Part shown: piece by piece, positions 39,083 through 46,438 of the stretch
Numbering within the stretch: position 1 is the first letter of the stretch
Layout of the letters: each line of letters starts with the position of its first letter
From: an uncultured bacterium
GTDB lineage: Bacteria; Patescibacteriota; Saccharimonadia; UBA4664; SCTI01
Assembly (NCBI GenBank): GCA_963721685.1
Contig: CAVRJJ010000005.1
Span: 167,943 to 231,942, forward strand
Direction: 5' to 3'
DNA: 64,000 nt
Position numbers and translations under genes: made by a program
The notes under the pieces: model-generated
Database searches by the model: none
Seen by the model: the letters and a program-made list of their open reading frames with translations, nothing else
What the model was told of the DNA's origin: nothing

Positions 39083-40111
39083 ATGACTATTCAGGAACAG
39101 ATTCAAGCTGTCGCCAAAAACAAGAAAGTTTTCAAAACTTCAGACGTAGCCAAGGAAGCACCAGAGTTTTCAAGGCAATACATTAGTTCGATAATTAGCG
39201 ATCAAGTAAGAAAAGGTACCCTCGTAAGGGAGGGATCAGGTCGCTGGTCTACTTACGCGCTTCCACAATATAAAGATTATTTAGGCCATAGATTACGAAG
39301 GCGCCTAAAGCTTAATGGCCTCAAAGAGCATGAAGTACTTGACGATATCATGCGGGTTAGTACCTTGCTAACAAGGATACCTGAAAATATTCAAAGCATA
39401 TTCAACTATGCTTTTTCTGAAATGCTAAATAACGCCATAGATCACTCTCGCTCTAAAAATGCTGTAACTGAAGTCATAGAAGAAGATGAAGGGCTCAAAT
39501 TCATAGTTGATGACTTCGGGGTTGGGGTTTTCCGTAATGTTATGCAAGAAAGGAACCTTAACTCTGAGCTAGAGGCAATCCAGGACTTACTTAAAGGCAA
39601 AACAACTACAGCCCCTCAGGCCCATTCAGGCGAAGGTATTTTCTTTACTTCTAAAGCAGCCGATGTGTTTATGCTAGAAAGCTTTGGTTTAAGATTAAGA
39701 ATAGACAATAAGATTAAAGATATTTTCGTGGAAGAGGTTGGCACGGAGAAAAAGGGTACCAGAGTAACTTTTGAAGTTTCCACAAAATCAAAGAAGCACT
39801 TAGCAGATTTATTCGCTAAATATCAGACTCACTCTGAAGAACCAGCGTTTGATAAGACCGAAATCCAAGTAAGGCTTTACACCATGGGTACTATCTATGT
39901 CTCCAGGTCACAGGCTAGAAGGGTGTTAACTGGTCTGAACAAATTTCGCACAGTAATCCTTGATTTCGAAAATGTTCCAACTATTGGGCAAGCATTTGCA
40001 GACGAGATTTTTAGAGTATTCAAAAATGCGAATCCAAATATCACAATTAAGATCGCAAACGCGAATGAGGCAGTTCAGTTTATGATTATACGATCCCAGT
40101 CATCCAGTTGA
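39083..40111 (+). CDS. wHTH - GHKL (RsbW/SpoIIAB-like) ATPase - STAS-like (DUF4325) single-chain protein
   Basis: N box FSEMLNNAIDHS, G1 IVDDFGVGV, G2 HSGEGIFFTS. The C-terminus TVILDFENVPTIGQAFADEIF resembles an anti-sigma-antagonist/DUF4325 fold. N-terminal ~90 aa is helical and basic. Confidence 0.65.
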   Translation: MTIQEQIQAVAKNKKVFKTSDVAKEAPEFSRQYISSIISDQVRKGTLVREGSGRWSTYALPQYKDYLGHRLRRRLKLNGLKEHEVLDDIMRVSTLLTRIPENIQSIFNYAFSEMLNNAIDHSRSKNAVTEVIEEDEGLKFIVDDFGVGVFRNVMQERNLNSELEAIQDLLKGKTTTAPQAHSGEGIFFTSKAADVFMLESFGLRLRIDNKIKDIFVEEVGTEKKGTRVTFEVSTKSKKHLADLFAKYQTHSEEPAFDKTEIQVRLYTMGTIYVSRSQARRVLTGLNKFRTVILDFENVPTIGQAFADEIFRVFKNANPNITIKIANANEAVQFMIIRSQSSS

Positions 40112-40150
40112 CATAAGATTTAGACATAGAATTTTAGTTGCCGACATAAC
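40106..40150 (+). repeat. Iteron-like GACATA units downstream of the DUF4325 gene (cores at 40110, 40123, 40143)
   Basis: TTGACATAAGATTTAGACATAGAATTTTAGTTGCCGACATAAC. Same 13/20 spacing and orientation as the upstream array. Confidence 0.5.
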
Positions 40151-40181
40151 ATCCAATTTATTGATATGGCATGTTCACTGC

Positions 40182-40201
40182 GGAGAGCCATTGCACTTAT
40201 G
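40182..40201 (+). repeat. att-like junction 4 (GGAGAGCCATTGCACTTATG)
   Basis: Motif copy adjacent to the 3' end of the minus-strand DUF1905 gene. Confidence 0.55.
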
Positions 40202-40202
40202 T

Positions 40203-40514
40203 TTAGAACTCTCGCAACTTGAAAGATATGCGTACTTTATCACCTAGCTCAAGCTTTTCGCTTTTTCGCACCTTAGTATTTATAGCAATGAAGTGTGTGC
40301 CATCGCCCATAGGCAGCAGGGAGGTTGGCCAGGTACTACTTCCTAGGGTTGCCTCAACAGCAATCAACCCCCGGTCTGCAAGTTCATGCAGCGGTTGACT
40401 AACGCTCAACGGTGCGGCGACATAATACCAACCCCCTTCCTGGGGGAAAAGTTGCAGTACCCCACTAAAGCTAAATGGCTTCATGAGCCAATTATATATG
40501 ATGATCAATAGCAA
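40203..40514 (-). CDS. DUF1905-like small protein (N-terminal half of a YdeI-type protein)
   Basis: 103 aa with a pattern that fits DUF1905 (GGWYYVAAP ... HFIAIN ... GDKVRISF). Confidence 0.5.
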   Translation of the reverse strand: MLLIIIYNWLMKPFSFSGVLQLFPQEGGWYYVAAPLSVSQPLHELADRGLIAVEATLGSSTWPTSLLPMGDGTHFIAINTKVRKSEKLELGDKVRISFKLREF

Positions 40515-40548
40515 TCTTTATCTTGATAGCTTTTAGAACGGCTAAAAC

Positions 40549-41457
40549 ATGCTTGCTATAATGAGCGGGATGCCAGAACCAACTCAGCCAAATTATTCCA
40601 AGCAAATAAGTTCAGATTTTCCTAACTTGGTTGTTGAAAAAGTAGAAAAACTTGGTACGGGTTGGGATCATGTTGCGCTGGAAGTAAATGATTCTTTGAT
40701 CTTCCGTTTTCCGCGGGATATTTCTGATGTAGATGAGATTTCCCAGACTGTCGTTTACGAGACGAAGGTATTGCGGCATCTGCAGGACAAACTGCCCGTT
40801 GCTATACCGGACCCACAGCATATTGCTCCCGATCATGCTTATTTTGGCTATCCAAAACTCCAAGGCGAAAAGCTCATTGATATTTTGCCAAGCTTTAGCG
40901 AAGCTGACAAAGCCGCCTTGTGGGACGATTGGGTGGATATAGCGACTGCCATTCATCAGAATGTATCTGTTGATATGGCTCGCAAACTTGGTGTGCCGAA
41001 CTTGGATATTCATATAGAGACAGCAAAGGAGGTTTTCAGCTTAGAAAATATTGACTCTCAGGTTGTAAGCTTTGCCCAGAATACTATAGAAGCGGCGGAA
41101 GCAATTGACATGAATAAGCTGCCACTTTTGTTTATCCATAACGACCTACAATTTCATAATTTGCTCGTCGACCCTGAAACAAAACGGGTTATCGCGGTCA
41201 TTGACTGGACAGATGTTTGTATAGGTACGACGGAGAGGGAGTTAGCAATGTGGGAGTGGTGCCATGATGATCAGCTAGATGAAGTGGCTAAAAGATATAC
41301 AGCTAAGACAGGTAGGGCGGTTGACAGAGACCAGGCAAAAGTTTTTAGGAAGATTGAAGAAGTAGGCGATTACGTCGAGCAGATAAAAAGTGGTGATCTT
41401 GAAGGGGTCGAAGAATCCTTAGCACATATTCGAAAATGGATTGCCGAAGTCGCATGA
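40549..41457 (+). CDS. Aminoglycoside/choline-kinase-like phosphotransferase (APH family)
   Basis: Catalytic loop HNDLQFHNLLVD and the Mg-binding IDWTDVCIG (Brenner motif and DFG-like D). Confidence 0.7.
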   Translation: MLAIMSGMPEPTQPNYSKQISSDFPNLVVEKVEKLGTGWDHVALEVNDSLIFRFPRDISDVDEISQTVVYETKVLRHLQDKLPVAIPDPQHIAPDHAYFGYPKLQGEKLIDILPSFSEADKAALWDDWVDIATAIHQNVSVDMARKLGVPNLDIHIETAKEVFSLENIDSQVVSFAQNTIEAAEAIDMNKLPLLFIHNDLQFHNLLVDPETKRVIAVIDWTDVCIGTTERELAMWEWCHDDQLDEVAKRYTAKTGRAVDRDQAKVFRKIEEVGDYVEQIKSGDLEGVEESLAHIRKWIAEVA

Positions 41458-41505
41458 GGTATACGCGTCCATTTTGCGTAATATTATGAATGATATGATA
41501 ATGCA

Positions 41506-41853
41506 ATGAGCCACTTGGAAACCTTTTTTATCCTAAGTCTCGCAACGCAATTAGTCCATTCAATTGAAGAGTTAACAACGGGTTTTCACAAACAATACTA
41601 TCTCTTTAAGATGTCCTTTAAGGCATTTCTAGCCTTTGAAATATTATTTACCCTGTTCTGGGTGGGAGTGCTTCTGCTGCCAGACTCTCCGTCCAAGGGC
41701 TACCTGCAAGCTTTCTTCCTCATCCTGATGTTTGCCAATGGTGTGCAACATCTAGTGTGGTGGGGAACTGTAAAAAAGTATGTTCCGGGTTTAATAACGG
41801 CTTTCGTCCATGCCGCACTATTTTTGGCCTTTTACTATAAGAGCATTTTTTAA
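41506..41853 (+). CDS. HXXEE-domain small membrane protein
   Basis: HSIEEL motif near the N-terminus and 3-4 transmembrane helices. Confidence 0.45.
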   Translation: MSHLETFFILSLATQLVHSIEELTTGFHKQYYLFKMSFKAFLAFEILFTLFWVGVLLLPDSPSKGYLQAFFLILMFANGVQHLVWWGTVKKYVPGLITAFVHAALFLAFYYKSIF

Positions 41854-42527
41854 TGGCATACTACAAACGTTTTCAACTTGTTACCCACTTTTTTCTCTGG
41901 CCTCGGCTGCTTGCGTGGTTTTACCGCAAAGGCATGGATGACGTTAAGAGTCTTGGGCTTAAACCTGACTTTAACAAGGAAGATTTTTCCTGTCTGCTCT
42001 GCGGGGTGAGCGGAGAAATAACAGCCGAGGTCTTCATTAACTTTGTTATCAGTAAAAATAAGCAAGCCAACATTATCATTATTGATCTTGGCGAAGAACA
42101 GGTAGCCGCTGTTCAGTCGCTCGTAAACCGGAAATACAAAGATCATAACATTAGCGTTAAACAAATGAACGTCCTCGATATATCAAAGCATTTTAAGCCA
42201 AACTCCTTTGATTGGATTGAAACGGACGGTCTGGTTGAATACTTAGACAAGCCAGGAATTCAAAGTCTATTAACGCAATGGAAAGCGTTGCTAAGACCGG
42301 GCGGCTTCATTACTACCCGTGACTTTGCCAGCTCATCTATACCAGGCCGATTACTCGATAAGTTTCGTATGTGGTTTATGAAAAATTACCTAACCCTCAA
42401 TGGCTACGTTCATACCAAGCAGGAACTAGATGAGGCATTTAGAAAAATCGGCTTTATCTTTAATTCCGGGCCGACGCCAATCCCGACCTTCAAGCGTTAT
42501 GCGCTCATAGAAAAGGACACTCGCTAA
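41853..42527 (+). CDS. Class I SAM-dependent methyltransferase-like protein
   Basis: Rossmann-like IIIDLGEEQ / NVLDISKHF segments, about 224 aa. Start overlaps the upstream stop. Confidence 0.5.
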   Translation: MAYYKRFQLVTHFFLWPRLLAWFYRKGMDDVKSLGLKPDFNKEDFSCLLCGVSGEITAEVFINFVISKNKQANIIIIDLGEEQVAAVQSLVNRKYKDHNISVKQMNVLDISKHFKPNSFDWIETDGLVEYLDKPGIQSLLTQWKALLRPGGFITTRDFASSSIPGRLLDKFRMWFMKNYLTLNGYVHTKQELDEAFRKIGFIFNSGPTPIPTFKRYALIEKDTR

Positions 42528-42716
42528 GAGGTGGGGAGGAATCAATAATTGAAATACCAACACACACCGAAGCCGATCTAATTAAGTTTAATGAGGTATT
42601 TTCTTTCCTATCATAAGTGGCACTTTCGGGATCAGCCAGAAGGTAAGAGTAGTCGCTTAGTATGGTATAGGTCCAAATCAAACGCTGTTCCTTTGTTCGG
42701 AAGCAAGTCAACCAGT

Positions 42717-42734
42717 GGAGCCATTGCACTTATG
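42717..42734 (+). repeat. att-like junction 5 (GGAGCCATTGCACTTATG)
   Basis: Motif copy 47 bp upstream of the pilin-like gene. Confidence 0.55.
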
Positions 42735-42780
42735 CTTATATTATTGCTACACTGAGCTTAATTAACTCAAGAGAGCACTC

Positions 42781-43320
42781 ATGATAAAGCTGAACCAAAA
42801 GGGATTTACCGGCTTTGAAGTTGTATTAATCGTTATTGCCCTGGTAGCTATTGGAGCAGCGGGCTACTTCGCGTATGAAGCGCGGCAAGATAAAACCGTT
42901 CTTGTAGCCGCACCAAAGAAAACAGAGAAGACGATTCAAGCTCAACCACAGCCTGTAAGTAGTAAGCCAGAAACAACTAGTGTTTATAATATTAAAGATC
43001 TTGGAGTTGAATTTGCGCTGCCCTCAAGTATCTCCGATCTATCGTATAAAGTCGTCAACTTAGGTGGTGAGCAAGCGGTTAGCTCTGTGACTTTTTCAAC
43101 TAAGCGGTTGGAAGCGGCAGGCTGTTCACTTGATTCAGCGCCTCTTGGACATTTAACATATACGGAAGGAAAGGGAGGTATTCTAGTTGCCTCCGCGAGA
43201 GGATCCAACCTTTATTATATAGAGCCCAAAGGAAGCTGTAGCGCAGACCCAAGCCTTAGAAACTGGCAGAAGCTGAAGGAAGCTCTCAAAACTACTGTGA
43301 GTGACTACAAGGGAGGGTAA
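42781..43320 (+). CDS. Prepilin-type (type IV pilin / ComGC-like) N-terminal cleavage/methylation protein
   Basis: MIKLNQKG|FTGFEVVLIVIALVAIGAAGYFAY: Gly at -1, Phe at +1, Glu at +5, then a hydrophobic helix. Confidence 0.6.
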   Translation: MIKLNQKGFTGFEVVLIVIALVAIGAAGYFAYEARQDKTVLVAAPKKTEKTIQAQPQPVSSKPETTSVYNIKDLGVEFALPSSISDLSYKVVNLGGEQAVSSVTFSTKRLEAAGCSLDSAPLGHLTYTEGKGGILVASARGSNLYYIEPKGSCSADPSLRNWQKLKEALKTTVSDYKGG

Positions 43321-43423
43321 GTAAAGCTGGCTCGTTGGGTGGGCCAGTCGGGAGCCATAAATAGTAGACTCAGCTCATTGACTGGGCATCGGCCGGCAAA
43401 TTAGATGCCTCTTTCTAGCTATT

Positions 43424-43675
43424 TCAACGATGATCGCAGCCGGCCCAGCAACAGGGACGGCGCATTCCCTCTATAAGCTCCGTGCGCGTTCTTTCAATAC
43501 GCCGTGCCCTCGTCTCAGTCTTCTTAGCTTCTTCAACCCAGCATATCCATTCATTGCGCGCCAGCGGTGTAATATCTTCCCATGCCGCTAAAGCCGTCGA
43601 GGTAGAAAGCAGGGCTTTTTTTAAGTCCGCTGGCATTTCGTGTGCCACACCCCCAGCGATTTCTTTTGTAGCCAT
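43424..43675 (-). CDS. YdeI/OmdA C-terminal-domain protein
   Basis: ITPLARNEWICWVEEAKKTETRARRIERT matches the OmdA/YdeI C-terminal pattern. Confidence 0.5.
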   Translation of the reverse strand: MATKEIAGGVAHEMPADLKKALLSTSTALAAWEDITPLARNEWICWVEEAKKTETRARRIERTRTELIEGMRRPCCWAGCDHR

Positions 43676-43710
43676 AAACTTATACTACTCCAGGCTACAA
43701 GTAACACGCT

Positions 43711-43727
43711 AGGGCATTGCACTTATG
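43711..43727 (+). repeat. att-like junction 6, degenerate (AGGGCATTGCACTTATG) followed by TGTTATAAT
   Basis: Preceded by CGCTAGGG as at junction 2. An extended -10-like TGTTATAAT lies downstream. Confidence 0.5.
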
Positions 43728-44700
43728 TTATAATTTGCTGGTGAAACCATTAGATTCTCCTCAAGCGGAGGCAGCTCAGATACAAAAGCAGACGAAGCAT
43801 TCCAAGCGCAAGCTTGCTGTAGTTGTTTTCATCCTACTGCTTGCTCTAGCTATAATTGGGATAGGCGGTACCTACCTCTATCGGGTGCAGCAAACTCAGA
43901 ACACAATAAAAGCCGGAATACACGACCTTAGCCAGTCGGCTAATCGAATTACGCCTTTTACGGCCGGAACGGTAGCTGAGGGTGACCGCGCGGATTTCAC
44001 TCGTGAGCTCAACAATCTCGAGAATACAATCAATGATACCCAGTTCAAAATAGACCAGCATTCCTCCCTATTGAATTCAAAAAAGGCTATGGATGAATAT
44101 AAATCCTTTCTTTCTCAAATGGAGGGGTATGTTAAGCTGGCATCCGGCATGAGCAAAGATGTGTCGGTTATAACGGAAGCTGATCTTAAGAAGCTCAATC
44201 AGTCGGGGGACGCGGCTAAGCGTTCACAGGAAAAGCTAAGAGAGAATTTTACTTTTATTCCGGAGTCTTTATCGAATGAAGTGTTTAATATATCGCTTAT
44301 TTTACAAAAGTCGAAAAAAAGCATAGATGATACGAAGTTGGCCGAAGACGCAAAAGCAAAGTCGGAAGAGAAGTTGCAAATAGACCAGAGAACCGCCGAG
44401 ACCAATGCCGCGGCTTTCCTCGACGCTTTTATTGCAGGTAATGCCGACAGGATGAAACGCTATATGACCGCCGCATTTATCAAAGAGTACGACTTCGCCA
44501 ACATTAAGCCCGAGTATCGCGAGGTATCTACCCCCGTATCCTACCGGGTGGTTCAAAGCCAGCGGGTGAATAGTACCATCGAGGTTACCTCAACAGTCAC
44601 ATACGCTTATGGCCAGGGCCAGAGTACAGCCAACTACAAATATATTTTGGTTGAAGACCCTAAAGCCGCGACATGGATGATCAACGCCCAAGCGCAGTAA
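43717..44700 (+). CDS. Hypothetical membrane-anchored protein (327 aa)
   Basis: N-terminal transmembrane helix, then a coiled-coil-like region and a C-terminal domain. TTG start inside junction 6. Confidence 0.45.
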   Translation: MHLCYNLLVKPLDSPQAEAAQIQKQTKHSKRKLAVVVFILLLALAIIGIGGTYLYRVQQTQNTIKAGIHDLSQSANRITPFTAGTVAEGDRADFTRELNNLENTINDTQFKIDQHSSLLNSKKAMDEYKSFLSQMEGYVKLASGMSKDVSVITEADLKKLNQSGDAAKRSQEKLRENFTFIPESLSNEVFNISLILQKSKKSIDDTKLAEDAKAKSEEKLQIDQRTAETNAAAFLDAFIAGNADRMKRYMTAAFIKEYDFANIKPEYREVSTPVSYRVVQSQRVNSTIEVTSTVTYAYGQGQSTANYKYILVEDPKAATWMINAQAQ

Positions 44701-45848
44701 AAATTCTTGAGGCAAACAAAAAAACCACTAGCAAATTGAAGTTATTCGTAATTCTGCTTATACCGTTAATGCTGGTTGGCGTTCTTTTTTTTGCAGTCTG
44801 GGAATACTCAAAAGCCAAGAGCTTGTACCGGCAGGCCGTGGTATATAACGAGGAGGGAAAGTTTAAGAAGGCGATAAGCAATCTCCAAATCGCGGATAAC
44901 ACCTTTTTCGCCCTTGACTACCAAGAGAAAATTGTCGCACTTCGAAAAGAAGTAGTTCTTTGGACAAAAACCCAGGCGTCGATTGAACAGGCCAGCGGTT
45001 TACTTGCAAAAGGGCAGGCAGACGAGGCACTGAAATTACTTGAAGGTATTGATCCCCGTTTTCCCCGTTTTAAGGTTGCAATCCAGCTTAGATACAGGGC
45101 CCATGAAATAAAAGAAACAGAGCGGCTTCGATCACTTCCAGCCGCAACTGTTCCTATTACGCAAATTTCGCTTCAAAGCACCACAATGGCAGACGACCAG
45201 CCCGATGATATCAGCGGACATCAAGTCCACATGGTTTATGCTGTGCCTACGGGTACCCCGTCGAGAGGCTACAACGATAATGGGGCAATGTCGACTTCAG
45301 TTGCCGCTATCCAGAACTGGCTAAGCCAGCAAACCGGCGGAAAGAGCTTGCGCATGGACACACACAATGGAAAGCTCGATGTCACTTACCTTCAACTGAA
45401 AAAAAGCGAATCCGAATTAGGCACAGGGCCCGAGCTATGGGGAAGACTATCGCTTGAACTCAGGCAAAGCGGCCTTTATAGCCACGATAAGTTATACCTT
45501 GTTTACTACGAGGGAAAGTCCCATCTTTGCGGTCAAGCAAACTGGCCAGGACTTTACGCGTATGTCTATCTGGGTACTTGTGGCGCCCATGGGTTGACGC
45601 AAAATGCAGGGAGGGTACAGACCGCTGAGTTAACCGCTCTTCATGAGCTCATGCATGCCTTTGGAGCCGTGCCGGGATGCGCTCCACATTTTGACGGAAG
45701 TGCCCATATTAACGATATTCCTGCCGACCTTATGTACTATGGGGTTCATATGGGAGAAGCAGCTCAATTGGATCCGGGTCGTGATGATTATTATGGCCAC
45801 GGACGCGAGGACTGTCTCGATATTGCGACGAGCCCCTACTTACAGTGA
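44673..45848 (+). CDS. Membrane-anchored HExxH putative zinc metallopeptidase
   Basis: N-terminal transmembrane helix. TALHELMHAFGAV (HExxH) in the C-terminal domain. Confidence 0.5.
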   Translation: MDDQRPSAVKILEANKKTTSKLKLFVILLIPLMLVGVLFFAVWEYSKAKSLYRQAVVYNEEGKFKKAISNLQIADNTFFALDYQEKIVALRKEVVLWTKTQASIEQASGLLAKGQADEALKLLEGIDPRFPRFKVAIQLRYRAHEIKETERLRSLPAATVPITQISLQSTTMADDQPDDISGHQVHMVYAVPTGTPSRGYNDNGAMSTSVAAIQNWLSQQTGGKSLRMDTHNGKLDVTYLQLKKSESELGTGPELWGRLSLELRQSGLYSHDKLYLVYYEGKSHLCGQANWPGLYAYVYLGTCGAHGLTQNAGRVQTAELTALHELMHAFGAVPGCAPHFDGSAHINDIPADLMYYGVHMGEAAQLDPGRDDYYGHGREDCLDIATSPYLQ

Positions 45849-45932
45849 GAGCTATTTGGCTCTTTTCCAAAAATCGGTTTGCTCTTATGCCTTCTCTATG
45901 TAATTATCAATTTAATAACTTGGTGAGCATTC

Positions 45933-46421
45933 ATGGTAAAACACAATCAAAAAGGGATGGCAGCGCTTTGGGTGGTCCTGATTGTAGTAGTGGTGGCGGC
46001 TGTGGGAACCGCTGGCTATTTTGCGTACAAGGCCGCCACCCCTAAAGCCGCTCACAATCCTACGGCAGGCTCCCAAGAATTAACGGTAAGCGAGTGGGGG
46101 GTGAAGCTAAGCGTACGAGACGCCGCTAAAATAACCTATTCAGTTGCCGGCTCTACTGGGAGAGAGGGCGGGCCAGCTTATGAAGCCTCAGCCATACCCG
46201 TAATCAAACAAACGTTCTTGAAAGATAAAAACTGCAGCTTAGGGATCGCGCTCTATCGAACCAAAACAGAGCAATCAACGTTAATTGGCCAAACCAAAAA
46301 ACTAGGAGACTACTTCTATTTTGTCGGCGGATCCCCGGACAGTTGCGCTAGTAAATCTGATGATCAGCTAAAAGGACGGATACTGGCTGATTTCAGAATT
46401 GAAAACCTCTCTGCCAAATAA
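45933..46421 (+). CDS. Pilin-like paralog (degenerate prepilin motif)
   Basis: The N-terminus MVKHNQKGMAALWVVLIVVVVAAVGTAGYFAYKAA parallels the 42781 gene but lacks Glu at +5. Confidence 0.45.
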   Translation: MVKHNQKGMAALWVVLIVVVVAAVGTAGYFAYKAATPKAAHNPTAGSQELTVSEWGVKLSVRDAAKITYSVAGSTGREGGPAYEASAIPVIKQTFLKDKNCSLGIALYRTKTEQSTLIGQTKKLGDYFYFVGGSPDSCASKSDDQLKGRILADFRIENLSAK

Positions 46422-46438
46422 TTTATGCCGTAAAAGGT

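Noticed and set aside
40612-41013. 133-aa minus-strand ORF inside the APH-family kinase gene
   Set aside because: It is antisense to a gene with clear catalytic motifs. It is an AT-rich spurious frame.
43725-43727. The ATG inside the repeated motif TTGCACTTATG as a conserved start codon
   Set aside because: In each copy the ATG is followed within 1 to 5 codons by a stop in its own frame, or is in the wrong frame relative to the downstream ORF. The motif is therefore a DNA- or RNA-level element, not a conserved N-terminus.
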